64,000 nucleotides of DNA from a virus (taxonomy: Duplodnaviria > Caudoviricetes). This document shows, one piece after another, positions 19,304-30,400 of this stretch. Location of the stretch: the IMG/VR virus record IMGVR_UViG_3300033121_002078, positions 30,623-94,622 of that record; one strand, 5' to 3'. Position 1 is the first letter of the stretch. Each line of letters begins with the position of its first letter. The notes under the pieces are model-generated. The model saw only the letters and a list, made by a program, of their open reading frames with translations. It did not search any database and was not told the DNA's origin. Position numbers and translations under genes: made by a program.

Positions 19304-22108
19304 TTATACAATATAATTGTATGTCCAAGTCGGGCTAAATTTGTAACTCCACGCAACTTTAACATTGTCAGTACTAAATGCAATTGTGTTTGGATCTGTG
19401 CCAGTATCGACTGGAGGCACAACAGGATTAACTGGAGCAACGGGTGCAACAGGTACATCAGACATATCAACTGACGGCATATGAATAGACTCTCCAGATT
19501 CTGCTTTCTGTAACAAAATCTTGTATTGTGTCATCCATTCTTTTATTGACTCTTCTGGAGTTAATTCTGTCTGTGTTGAAGCAGATCTAAGAGCCATATA
19601 AAGGAGAGTTTTTTCTTTGTCCTGTGGATTACTTTGCAGCATTTGCAAAGTAACATCTTCTATTCTTTTGTTAACTCGTTCACCAACAATTATGTGCGTT
19701 TTTTCATCGCCCTTATTCCAGAATGGGAGGTTAAGACAAGGCAGTGGACATAAACGATAAGGTTTATGCTGGCTTGGATGACCCCACTGTGGATAATTGG
19801 GATTTATCTTATAAACGTTATTGTATACTCCGGTTCTGTTTGTTGCTTCTGACAGATTTGTGGCTCTATAGCCTCCACCATATACCATTGCCATCCACAA
19901 ACCTAGAGTCGCTCGCCCACAAAAACGGAATTCTTGTTTTTCACCAATTCTGGCATTTTTAGCCATTGTGGTCATCTCTGAAATAGTTTCGTTATAATCC
20001 TTAAAAGGCACAAAAAGTGTCCAACCAGTACTAATAAGTGTAGTATCTGGATTAACTGGCTGCTTATTATTTGCATTACGAGTTGAGTTAATTGGCCTAC
20101 CCAATGTAAGCATTTTAAAAGTGTCAGGATCGTTTTGCTTCATTGATTCTCTAGCTTGATTCATTAATGTATCTGGAAAAACTAGTCTGAATAACGCATC
20201 TAACTCTTTTTCTGCGGCAGCCTGTTTTTGTTCTGCAGAGAATGTGACATTTCCAGCCAAGTCGGTGTCATCTTCCGCATTCTGATATTGATTTATACTT
20301 CTTATAAATTCGTTATTTAAAGACTTAAATTGTGTGAATGAATAGTTCATTCCAGCACTGTTAGATTTAAGCATTTCTTCTTCAGGCTTTGAAACTGTTT
20401 GTTTTGTGAGTCTTTCTACAGGATCAGAATACAAATCTTTATTATTTAAAACTTCTGGTAATATTTTTTCCTTAATAACTGAATCATAGAACCAGTCATG
20501 TAGTGCTGTAACATCTTTTGGATTTTCTATGCCAGCATTAGCAAGTACAGAGAAAAACTTCTGTTGGTCTGCAGAATGTGGATACAATTTTTCTGGATTA
20601 GTGGTTTGTTCATTCAAGAAGAATTCATCGGGATTACCTTCGATATCAAGCTTTGCCATCTGTGATGGGCTTAAAACTTTCGGCTTGATTTTAAGCATTG
20701 GCACTTGAAAAGTTTGTCCACAATTTTTACAAACGGCTTCATTACCTGATTCACTTTCATGAATCTTGTTTTTCTTTTTGCAATGAGGACAAGTAATCAA
20801 GTGTATTCCAGAAGGATACAACGAACTTGCTGCACCCGATTCCCACCTTTGCTGGTCTCGTGCAATTCTGGCCAAATAATCTGCATCTGTAGCAATTTGG
20901 GACAAGAATTGATCTGGACTTACTCCAGCCTTGTCCATGTACTCTTGTGTTTTTTGTAATAACTGCTCCATGCGTTCTTTCTTTTGAGTCTTTGGAGAAT
21001 CAGTTATTGACTTTCCTCTTTGTTTTTGGATAAATCCTTCTCTAAAGAGTCTATTCATTGCATCAAGATTGTATAACAACCACCAAACATTTTCGGTTAA
21101 TTGTTCTGGTGTTTCACCCTGAACTCGGGCAGGACCAATACCAAACTGACTTAGGTCTCCACCATTACCTGTCAAATCAAATTTCTTCATTATCTTGGCT
21201 TTGTTTTCTGGATCAAGCTGATTTAGTGCATCATGCACAAATGCATCTTTGAACTGACTAAAAAGTGGAGGTGGAAGCTTAAATATTTCATAAAACTTCT
21301 TAACTTGTCCACCAGCCATATTCCAATCCAGCTCTGGCTTGGGTCCAACTTCCTCTGGCAATTCTGGTATATCCAAAGAATCAGGCTGTTCACCAGTTTC
21401 ATCAGGAACTTGCAATCCCTCATTTTGTCCTTGTATGGCAAGAAGATTAATTGCTATGCCACGCACAATACCGTCAATACGCTGTGCAATTTCAGCGGCT
21501 TTTCTGGCGGAATTAAGAATAGAATTCAATTGGGTTGGATCGTATTGAGTGCCAAACAGGCGAATTTCGGCCAACTTTTGCTCATCCAAACCAAACAAAA
21601 TTTCGTGCAACTTAATTCTAATACACTGTGGAGTAATTGCATCGTTATCATAAGCATTTAGAATATGTTGAATAGATTGTGAAATAGGAGCATATCTTGG
21701 ATCGGTATAAGCATTAAGTCTCGCTAACAGTTCTTGTGGTATTACAGCCGAATATCTGTATGTATAAGCATGACTACTGGCAAAAGTGTCAGGTTCTTCT
21801 TCGTCAAAAAACGGATCTGGTTCAGGCTCTGGATACTCTAATTCTGGCTCTGGTGTTTGTGGGGCTTGTGGTACATTGGGAGCTTTAATTTCTGAAAACA
21901 GAAGCGTTCTTAATTCAGATATTAGACGTAAAAATTCAGTGTATTGATTAATAAGTTCTTGATTATTAGATAAGTTTAAAGCCTCTTGCAAAGTGTTCTT
22001 AATTTGAGTAAGTATAGCAGGATTAGAAACTGGAGGTGTTTTACAAGGTCGATCTTCTGCTGCTATCTTTGCCAAAACATCCGAATAATCAAGTTTTTTA
22101 GTTTGCAT
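19304..22108 (-). CDS. Large hypothetical (probable virion/head) protein with an MJ0042-like zinc finger
   Basis: 934 aa; ITCPHCKKKN...CKNCGQTFQVP; preceded by the promoter motif. Confidence 0.6.
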   Translation of the reverse strand: MQTKKLDYSDVLAKIAAEDRPCKTPPVSNPAILTQIKNTLQEALNLSNNQELINQYTEFLRLISELRTLLFSEIKAPNVPQAPQTPEPELEYPEPEPDPFFDEEEPDTFASSHAYTYRYSAVIPQELLARLNAYTDPRYAPISQSIQHILNAYDNDAITPQCIRIKLHEILFGLDEQKLAEIRLFGTQYDPTQLNSILNSARKAAEIAQRIDGIVRGIAINLLAIQGQNEGLQVPDETGEQPDSLDIPELPEEVGPKPELDWNMAGGQVKKFYEIFKLPPPLFSQFKDAFVHDALNQLDPENKAKIMKKFDLTGNGGDLSQFGIGPARVQGETPEQLTENVWWLLYNLDAMNRLFREGFIQKQRGKSITDSPKTQKKERMEQLLQKTQEYMDKAGVSPDQFLSQIATDADYLARIARDQQRWESGAASSLYPSGIHLITCPHCKKKNKIHESESGNEAVCKNCGQTFQVPMLKIKPKVLSPSQMAKLDIEGNPDEFFLNEQTTNPEKLYPHSADQQKFFSVLANAGIENPKDVTALHDWFYDSVIKEKILPEVLNNKDLYSDPVERLTKQTVSKPEEEMLKSNSAGMNYSFTQFKSLNNEFIRSINQYQNAEDDTDLAGNVTFSAEQKQAAAEKELDALFRLVFPDTLMNQARESMKQNDPDTFKMLTLGRPINSTRNANNKQPVNPDTTLISTGWTLFVPFKDYNETISEMTTMAKNARIGEKQEFRFCGRATLGLWMAMVYGGGYRATNLSEATNRTGVYNNVYKINPNYPQWGHPSQHKPYRLCPLPCLNLPFWNKGDEKTHIIVGERVNKRIEDVTLQMLQSNPQDKEKTLLYMALRSASTQTELTPEESIKEWMTQYKILLQKAESGESIHMPSVDMSDVPVAPVAPVNPVVPPVDTGTDPNTIAFSTDNVKVAWSYKFSPTWTYNYIV

Positions 22109-22116
22109 AATGTGTT

Positions 22117-22147
22117 ATATATTCATAATTACGTATAGAAATCCTTT
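22117..22147 (-). promoter_or_regulatory. Putative phage sigma promoter AAAGGA-N17-GAATAT
   Basis: Best match to the SigH-type AGGA...GAAT consensus. Confidence 0.6.
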
Positions 22148-22186
22148 GCTAGAAGGTAAATTTTGAAAAAAAGATAAAAATGATAG

Positions 22187-23272
22187 ATGTCTTGGATAAA
22201 AAAAGCAGCAGCCAACAACAAAATAGAACTTTTATCACAAAAATATAAGTTACCTATACAACAAATACAATCAATTTCTGAATCTTGTGACCCCACTCTC
22301 AAAAAGCTATATTTGGACTGGATATTGCGTTGTTACAAATCAGGAACAATAAGACTTCCAGAAGATGCAAGCAAAACGCATGAAGCACTGCAAATGTTTA
22401 CAAAATCAAAAAATAGACTACCAGAAGATCGTAGAGACGTAAACAAATTTAAATCACCAGGAGACATTAAAAAACTACTAGACGAATTAGGAGTTACAAC
22501 ATCTAAACGTGAACAAACCCAAATAAATACCACTCAAGGCCAAAGAGTGGTTTTAGTTAGTCCACCATACCAAGTAATAGAAATAACCACTCCAGAAGCA
22601 GCAGCAAAACTATGTAGAAACACTGAATGGTGCATAAAAGATCCAAAATACTTTGTTGGAGAATATAATATGGGGCCAACCAATCCATGTTATATGATCA
22701 CAAAAAATGGACGGCCACATATTTTATGGCATCAGCCAACGGACCAGCTTAAAGATACTTATGATGAAGATTTTAGTCCTGTTACTAGCGGCAGTGATGA
22801 TTTTGATGAATGTCAAGAGTTATTCATAAAAATGGGAAAAGCAGGAATACCTCAGCCAGCAATAAACCTTTACACACCAGATATGGGTGGCGATCACATT
22901 TATATAGCAGTGGGAATTGCCGAAGATTATGGATTGGATTGGCTGTTTAATGTAATGCAAAAATACCCAAACGAAGATGTGGCTTTTCAAGCAGCTAATT
23001 GTGCTGCCTGGTTTTGTATACAAAATAACCAGAGAGACCCAAGATTTGAACCACACATATCAAAAGACCCACACCTATCACTTGACTACGCAATAAGCTG
23101 TATACGCGGACCATTCCCTGAAGCAGAACCAAATATACTTGCCAACAAAATGCCAAGAGATTGCTTCAGGTACGCGGTAGAAGCACGCAAATCAAGATGG
23201 CCAGAAGCAGAACCGTTAATCCTTAACAGTAGTTATGGTGAAAATTATAGAAGAACTTTCAATATGAATTAA
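22187..23272 (+). CDS. Hypothetical protein with a TEWCI domain and C-terminal (R/P)(W/F)PEAEP repeats; MSWIKK leader
   Basis: PEAAAKLCRNTEWCIK; repeats GPFPEAEPNI and RWPEAEPLI. Confidence 0.6.
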   Translation: MSWIKKAAANNKIELLSQKYKLPIQQIQSISESCDPTLKKLYLDWILRCYKSGTIRLPEDASKTHEALQMFTKSKNRLPEDRRDVNKFKSPGDIKKLLDELGVTTSKREQTQINTTQGQRVVLVSPPYQVIEITTPEAAAKLCRNTEWCIKDPKYFVGEYNMGPTNPCYMITKNGRPHILWHQPTDQLKDTYDEDFSPVTSGSDDFDECQELFIKMGKAGIPQPAINLYTPDMGGDHIYIAVGIAEDYGLDWLFNVMQKYPNEDVAFQAANCAAWFCIQNNQRDPRFEPHISKDPHLSLDYAISCIRGPFPEAEPNILANKMPRDCFRYAVEARKSRWPEAEPLILNSSYGENYRRTFNMN

Positions 23273-24009
23273 GGATAAGTATCTTTTCTCATGCTCTGTC
23301 TACGAGCATTATAGCGTCTTTCAATATCTCTTATAATTGGGTGTCTAAATATACATTCGTCTGACAAATGTATGTGAGAAATACCGTTAACGCCCGACAA
23401 CAACGAAATACCATCTTCGAGTCCATTTGTGTCTGGTGATATGTCGCTCTGATTTTCATCTCCGATAAGTATTGCTTTACTGCCTTCGCCCAATCTGGTT
23501 AAAAACAGTTTAACTTGTTCTGGAGTTGAATTTTGTGCTTCATCCATAATCATGATACTATTTTCAAAGCTCCAACCACGCATAAAAGCGATAGGCATTG
23601 TTATTATTTTTGCATTTCCATTACCTTTGGTGAGATTTTTAAGCGTATCTTCATTCACCAATTTAGAAATAATTGCAAAAATAGGAGCAAAATAAACACG
23701 AACCTTTTCTGATAATTCTCCCGGTAAAAGACCGATACGGTCTGAACCATTGCCAGCTTCTACGATAGGTCTGGTAATAATAACCTGTTTGTATTTTTCT
23801 CTTATTAGTTGTGTTAATGAATAGCCTATACTTACCGTACTTTTTCCAGACCCCGGACTACCAGTCACAAATGTTATTGTGGATTCTGAAATGGTTCTTA
23901 ATAATTCTTTTTGTTCATCGTTTTTGGGACCAAAAATCATTTTGAGATCAGGTACTATTTCTACTTGTCTTTCTGTCCGCTCAATTCGTTCAATTCTTTT
24001 TCTAGCCAA
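23269..24009 (-). CDS. phoH: PhoH-like ATPase
   Basis: PKNDEQ, GSPGSGKS, TRPIVEAG, GLLPG, FMRG, DEAQN, GDENQSD. Confidence 0.92.
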   Translation of the reverse strand: MARKRIERIERTERQVEIVPDLKMIFGPKNDEQKELLRTISESTITFVTGSPGSGKSTVSIGYSLTQLIREKYKQVIITRPIVEAGNGSDRIGLLPGELSEKVRVYFAPIFAIISKLVNEDTLKNLTKGNGNAKIITMPIAFMRGWSFENSIMIMDEAQNSTPEQVKLFLTRLGEGSKAILIGDENQSDISPDTNGLEDGISLLSGVNGISHIHLSDECIFRHPIIRDIERRYNARRQSMRKDTYP

Positions 24010-24011
24010 AT

Positions 24012-24404
24012 TTACACCCTATTTAAAAGATAAAAACGATTTTCAGGAGACATCAAATAAGCTTTAATATCACCTATTAAAACATTTATATTATAACACT
24101 TTTCGTATTTTTCAATTTCTTCAACAATTCTATCCCACACTATCTTTTCAACCTGTACCATATCACCCTTAAGAATTCTTATCCGCAAATCAAGCAAATC
24201 AATAAAGAATGTTTTCTTTATTTTATCACATAAAATATCTATTTCGTTTTGAATAAATAAATCTTGCCACTTCTCCATGTGATAGGATTTTTTGATTTGC
24301 TTTTGCTGAGTTTTACTAAAGGATGAAAAATAAATTTCTCTATCACTTTCAGCTAGATCTTTTGCGTGTTTCCAATATTCATAAAATGTAATAGTTCGAG
24401 ACAT
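24012..24404 (-). CDS. Hypothetical protein
   Basis: 130-aa ORF in the minus-strand gene run. Confidence 0.55.
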   Translation of the reverse strand: MSRTITFYEYWKHAKDLAESDREIYFSSFSKTQQKQIKKSYHMEKWQDLFIQNEIDILCDKIKKTFFIDLLDLRIRILKGDMVQVEKIVWDRIVEEIEKYEKCYNINVLIGDIKAYLMSPENRFYLLNRV

Positions 24405-24418
24405 TTAAGCACACTCAA

Positions 24419-25186
24419 TTATACTCCTCCTTCAAAATATCTCCTTGCCCATTTTAGATTTGAAAACTTCTTTATTTGTCCAACCAAATTGGCGTTATCA
24501 CTAATTTGCAGGAAACAATCAATCACTGTTGTTTTGGTTTTGCCCAATGGTTTAATTTGTGCTTTAGTAAGTAAAGTCTTCAATTTGTTTCCATCTAGCT
24601 GGTCATTATATATGGTGTACATCAACTTTTCTATTTTTACTATATCACTAAAATCTCTGGCTTTATATCCAGGTGGTTGTACGTCTTTTTTCATGTCTAT
24701 CTTGGCTTTTTTAAGTTTATTAACAACATCTTCAAGTGAACCATATGATAACATCGTTGCTTCTTTTTCGTTCACACTCTCAACCATAAACAAAAAGTCA
24801 TTCTTCTCTGTCTTTTTAATCCAATACCCACGAGCAGAAATCACTTCAGAAAAAGCCTTTAAATTATTTTTTAATTCACTATCTTTACGTTTGTATTCTT
24901 CTATTAGTTCTTTTTGAGATTTTATATTACCACTAATAATGAGCAAGCCGCCAGTATTTTTGTAATCTTTGGAAATAATGGGGACGCCATCTTTTATTGA
25001 TGTGTCATTTAATTGCGGCAAAGCAACAATAATCTCTGTTGATGCTACTTTATTGTTCTTTGGATTACCATAAGACACAACAGTGCCAGACGGCACATAT
25101 CCTTGATGCAACCATTCATAATAATCTTCAGATGCAATCTTTGTGTAATAACAAGATCGCGGAAATAAAGATGAATACCAACTCAT
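24419..25186 (-). CDS. Hypothetical protein (MSWY...TKIAS leader)
   Basis: 255-aa ORF. Confidence 0.55.
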   Translation of the reverse strand: MSWYSSLFPRSCYYTKIASEDYYEWLHQGYVPSGTVVSYGNPKNNKVASTEIIVALPQLNDTSIKDGVPIISKDYKNTGGLLIISGNIKSQKELIEEYKRKDSELKNNLKAFSEVISARGYWIKKTEKNDFLFMVESVNEKEATMLSYGSLEDVVNKLKKAKIDMKKDVQPPGYKARDFSDIVKIEKLMYTIYNDQLDGNKLKTLLTKAQIKPLGKTKTTVIDCFLQISDNANLVGQIKKFSNLKWARRYFEGGV

Positions 25187-25352
25187 GCAAGTCTCTTAAA
25201 ATAAGTTAGTGGTTCTTCTGACTTTTCTATTGCGGTTAATGCTTCAGCTATTTTCTCCTCTAGTTTTTGAACACTTACAATATCTCGATAATCTATTTCT
25301 GCAGATTTTACTAGTTCTTGCAGCTTATTATATTGATAAACTGTCAACTCCA

Positions 25353-26132
25353 TTATCTTGCTCCTACACTGGGGACTGCAGGCACAACAGGTACACTTGC
25401 CGTACCGCCACTATTTGGCTTTGGACCTTGACTATTTAAGTCGGTCTCTATCTGTTGTACATCTTTTTCTACACCATCAAATTGTGTAGTAGGTGGATAA
25501 GCTCTAGGATGAATAATGTATGGTTGTATAATTTTTCTTACATCAACCCACAAAGTACCATCAAAACCCTCATAAGAATTAGGATTTCCTGTTGGATTCA
25601 CTTGTGTAGTTGGAATATCTTGTGCCAGATACATACCTTGTGCTGATGGAGCTAATGCTCCTGCCTTAACATCTCTGCGGTATTCAGAATTGATAGAAGC
25701 TTCTGATTTTGCTTCTTCAAAAAGCTGATTTATACTAACACTAATAACATCTCCGCCAATTTCTGGAGGCATCATAGAATCACAGTTTTCTTCTTCTTTT
25801 TCGGCTATAGGTTCTGCACGGCTTTCATTTGTAAACTGATCAAAAGGAAGCACGTTTTTGCCCTGTTGAATCTGTTTATTTCTTTCAGACTCATCATTCC
25901 TGTGTCCAGCTTCATGTTGTATAGTAGATTTAATCTGACACTTTAAATAAGGAATTATATCTGAGTATATCATCACATTCTCATTAAGATTTTCTTCAGC
26001 TATAACGCTGTATTGAGCGGTTTTAGTGAATGCAGAAGATGGAATCTTCCCACTATATAGCTTGTTGTTTTTATTGTTGTATGGCAAAAAAGGCTCGTGA
26101 AAATATTCCAACCTATTACCTTTTACAATCAC
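25353..26132 (-). CDS. Hypothetical protein with an HExxH motif
   Basis: TIQHEAGHR; contains TKTAQ. Confidence 0.5.
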   Translation of the reverse strand: MIVKGNRLEYFHEPFLPYNNKNNKLYSGKIPSSAFTKTAQYSVIAEENLNENVMIYSDIIPYLKCQIKSTIQHEAGHRNDESERNKQIQQGKNVLPFDQFTNESRAEPIAEKEEENCDSMMPPEIGGDVISVSINQLFEEAKSEASINSEYRRDVKAGALAPSAQGMYLAQDIPTTQVNPTGNPNSYEGFDGTLWVDVRKIIQPYIIHPRAYPPTTQFDGVEKDVQQIETDLNSQGPKPNSGGTASVPVVPAVPSVGAR

Positions 26133-26812
26133 TTTATGTTACTCCGCATTTTTTCCACTCTGCTCATCCATCCTTTTTGAAAAGTCTTATTCTTAATACC
26201 TGACAAAAAGTTCTTCCTATTATTCAATATTTCTGTAGCTAACCTTTGTTCACCATTCTTTTTAACAAAATTGCTAATCAATTGCACAGTATTTGAATCC
26301 ATAATCCCTGTCTGTCTAGCACCAACTATCCTTTGTACTACTTTCACTGCTCTGCCAGTGCCAGAGTTTACCGAGAAATCAAATAACTGCTGTGCAACAC
26401 TGTAAGGCAATTGATCCCCTTTTATCTTGGCCCAAAATTCGTCTTTATAAACCCCTTTAACGTCTTTTTCTGGTATGGACCGCATATTTACACGGTTATA
26501 CGGTTTTTTATTCTTTTTAAGCCAGTTTTCATACGTCCTGCGAGTTATGCCCTTATTTGTTTCACCGCCAGGATCTTTGGGGTTATTTACATAACCACCT
26601 TCAAATTCAAGAGTCTGTTTAAGTGCTTTATCAAGATTTGATTTGGCAACCTGCACACTTGGAGCAGCCTGAACAGTCTGAAGAAACACACCAGGATCAC
26701 CACCAGCCCCCATAAACCAAGAAAACAACGTAAAAGCCGCAGACATTCCAATTGTAGGCTTTGGTATGCCATTACGAGTTAACCAGTCTATAAAGCCAGC
26801 TTCCTTAATCAT
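26129..26812 (-). CDS. GH108 lysozyme (N-acetylmuramidase)
   Basis: EGGYVNNPKDPGGETNKGIT, FDFSVNSG, FQKGWMSR. Confidence 0.9.
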   Translation of the reverse strand: MIKEAGFIDWLTRNGIPKPTIGMSAAFTLFSWFMGAGGDPGVFLQTVQAAPSVQVAKSNLDKALKQTLEFEGGYVNNPKDPGGETNKGITRRTYENWLKKNKKPYNRVNMRSIPEKDVKGVYKDEFWAKIKGDQLPYSVAQQLFDFSVNSGTGRAVKVVQRIVGARQTGIMDSNTVQLISNFVKKNGEQRLATEILNNRKNFLSGIKNKTFQKGWMSRVEKMRSNIK

Positions 26813-27204
26813 GCTATTTTAGGATCTCCACGCATTAACAATTGTTTGTTGCCATTTCCTGCCTTAAAATGACTTTGTGTATAAGAAAAAGCCTTATCTA
26901 CATCAAATGGTTTACACGAAAATATATTTATATAAGCAGTTTTACTTTTTGATAAAGTGTGAATAATAATATTAGATGTCTTAATCCATTGTAAACCGCT
27001 ACACCCCTGAAAATGCAACACTTCGGAATGTGGATCATCCCATACAATTGGATCTCCAACCGCTTCCATGTCTATTTCTTTTACTATTCCACGCAAAAAT
27101 TCAATTACACCATTCTTGTTTAAATTTTCTGTACACTTATGTAAATCTATGACGAGTTCTTGTCCATAGTGACCTTCTGGCATGTACTCATTTAGCTGTG
27201 GCAT
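26809..27204 (-). CDS. speD: S-adenosylmethionine decarboxylase proenzyme
   Basis: YGQELVIDLHKC, GCSG...IKTSNIIIHT, YINIFSCKPFD. Confidence 0.82.
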   Translation of the reverse strand: MPQLNEYMPEGHYGQELVIDLHKCTENLNKNGVIEFLRGIVKEIDMEAVGDPIVWDDPHSEVLHFQGCSGLQWIKTSNIIIHTLSKSKTAYINIFSCKPFDVDKAFSYTQSHFKAGNGNKQLLMRGDPKIA

Positions 27205-27419
27205 TATTCTAACGCCGAAATAGGCGGCTCCTGAAAATAATATTGAAACTCTTCCAGTCCAAATGCTGTTTCGTTTAACATGCCTATATTGCGGTCATAT
27301 CTATAAAAATAGAATAAATCCTTCCATTCACTCCACGTTAATTTCGCACCGCTTTCCTGTGCAGCATTTAAACGCTCAGCAACAATACGCCGATATTCAA
27401 GTTCTAAATTCACAAACAA
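27204..27419 (-). CDS. Hypothetical protein
   Basis: 71-aa ORF coupled to speD. Confidence 0.45.
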   Translation of the reverse strand: MFVNLELEYRRIVAERLNAAQESGAKLTWSEWKDLFYFYRYDRNIGMLNETAFGLEEFQYYFQEPPISALE

Positions 27420-27444
27420 TTATTAGGAAATATGAAGTGAAAAC

Positions 27445-30400
27445 CTACTCATCTTTAAAATATTCGAATATATCATCAGGTAATTCATCATTATAAAGGT
27501 CAATTAAATTCCCACCATAAGAGGTCTTGTAAATACACTCACCTGATGCCTTTTTGGAGTTGCCACTGTTAGCTAGTTTCTTAATATAAGAAGCTGTAAC
27601 ATTTTTAACAGCATCAGGAGCATCCTCTACGGTTTGAGAGTCGAATCTTATCACTGTCCAACCACGCATAGCTAAATCATAATCACGCTGTTTATCGTGC
27701 TGTAATTGCTCTGGTATCTGGTGAAACTGCCCGTCTACTTCAAAATCCAACTTTAATTTAGGAAATGCAAAGTCCAACTTATAAGCAGGCCCACCACGTG
27801 GATTTTGAACAGGATACTGGAAGAAATAAGGAGTGTTAACCCCCAATCCGTTCACTACATTATCAAGTATTTGTCGATAAGATTGCTCTAACTCTGTAAA
27901 TCTCACTTGACCGTATCGAACAGGCTCAACTTCTTTTTGTAATGACTTGGCTTTGCTCTTTTTAATCACTTTCATCGGAGAACCTGGCATACCCGCAGAT
28001 GCCATTGCACCGCCGCCACCCGGAGCACCACCGCCACCACCAGGAGCACCACCGCCAGCATCACCACCCGGCATTCCACCGGGTCCACCCATTTCAGGAG
28101 CTGCACCAGGTCCGCCCGCTGCAGCAGGACCACCACCAGCCATACCACCACCAGGCATGCCACCTGGACCACCACCACCGCCACCAAGTTGTGCTCCTTG
28201 TGGGCCAGCTACTGCCATTTCATAGCGTGTACGTTCTACTTCTTGGCTATAATTTAATTCCATTTCCTCGCATAGTGTCTGCGTAGAACATACCTGCTTA
28301 TCGTGTAGCTGCATTATCTGCTGCAGTCTTTGTGTACGATCACGAAGTCTTAAATCGTTCCATTTAATTTCAGGGGTGTAATAAATGGGTCGGCCATACT
28401 CTTTAGACTTTTCTTTGTCTATAAACCCCTTCATTTGAGCTATAGGTTCAAAAACTCTCTTGATGACAAAGTTAGAAAGCATTGTCTGGAAGTTCTCTAA
28501 TCTTCTGATAAGAGTTTCCACGCCTACCTGAGCACTATTGCCTTGGACAGCAATCAACCCATTTCTCATAGTGACAAACAGTCCATGTGGCACTGTAAAA
28601 CAGTATACTTTTCCAGTGTAAGCTACTCTGCTAATAACACCGTTGTTTTTCAGTTCGCTTCTTGAGCTATCTCTTGATTCGATCCCTGGGTTAACTCCTT
28701 TACGCCCCTTGGACAAATAAACCACCCATTGCTGATGCCTTGTATGATATTCAACGCCACGTTTATTTTTGTAAACCTTATCTGCAGATTCTTTGAATGG
28801 TTTTTTAGTTAAAGTAACAACATATCCACATTTAAATCCAATTTCTGCCACATCCATAGAAAGTTGTTCACTACTGGTGTGATATGCAAGGTAATCCTTC
28901 TGTTCTTTACCGCATGTTTTAACACTTCCGTCACCAAGAATCATGCTGTGCAACAACAATTTAAGTTGCTCAACAGGAAGATTTTTAATCCATGCAGGCA
29001 AACGCTTTACGTATGAATGTCTACCATAATACAATTCAAAGTGTTGAGCTAATGCTGGCTTATATATATGAATTGTATCATTAAGAGTGTTAGTGTGATA
29101 AGCAGAGAAAACCCTGTCACAAACTGCTACAATTTGTTTTCTGGCTTTTCCATTCGGGCTTTGATGAATATTTACAGTTATGGTTTCATTTTTTCTGTTT
29201 TTTCTTTTTTTATTTGACAAACTGCCTTCAGAGACATAAAAACCAGCCAATTCACAATATTCGTTAATAGGAATAGTTAAATTATCAGATATTTTAACTT
29301 CTGGCACATATTCACCGACGAAATCATCAACAACCCCTATAACTTTAGCACGGGGCTTTACATCTTTTGCCTCAACAAATCTAAATCCAATTTGATTACG
29401 TGGCTGTACATACATTCTGTGATTAGGAGTAACAAGAATATCTATCTTTTCAGTTTTAAACTGTACCATTTCCCCATTATAATCGTAAATGTGTTTTTGA
29501 ATATATGGGTGATACTCAATAGACTTTGTTTCGGGATTAACGCAAGCTATCTTGTCATTTTCATCTATTTCTGTATACTGTTTAAACCCACTATCAGTTA
29601 ATGTCAGAGTATCTTCTGAATGACAATTGTAACTTGTAGCTTCACCGTTAAGCAATGCCTGATTCAACATAAGACCATCAAGCAATTCTTTGTCTATATG
29701 TTCAAGCTCTTGAGATACTTGCAGTATCTTGCCCTGTGCACCGACAAAATCGATATCAACAAGGTGATGAGTTACAAGGCACACATTTGGCTCATTTGCA
29801 ATACTTGCAAGCATTTGTTGTGCTTCTGCAATATCCGCTGGACCAGCAGGACGCTGATCGCTTCCAACCTTGACCAGTTTAATTGGAACAATCAATCTTT
29901 CTGCAACTAACCACTGTGCAGACATAAGTTTTGTCTTGTAAGCTAAAGTTTGAAAAAGTGGACGAATCATACTCGTACCATAAACACCATAATCTACGGC
30001 CATGTGTTTCATATGTACAAGAGTTCTTGGAGAAAGACGAATAGGTTTCTTCTGCAAAATCTGCTGTTTAACCTGATCTGACAACTGGTTATATATCTCT
30101 GCAGGTTGTTTAGTCTGCACTATCTTTATAATGTCCTCATCAGGAATCATCACAATAACTGCTTCATCTGCCCAAGGTGGTTTTACTACTTCAATCCAAT
30201 CAGGATTGAGAATTACTAATTTGTTGATATCGCCATTTTTGTGATTGCAACGTTCACCAGAGTCTGGATCTATTGAAGTGCCACCACATTTTTCGCAAGA
30301 CATATCAACATGGATAAACACATCTCCAATCATGTGATATTCTAACGAAATCTGTTTCAGCTTATTCATGATTTCGAGACGCTCAACTTCATACTCGAAG

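Noticed and set aside
27947-28286. Pro-rich, His-rich and Val-rich ORFs
   Set aside because: Alternative-frame shadows of the portal Gly-rich linker
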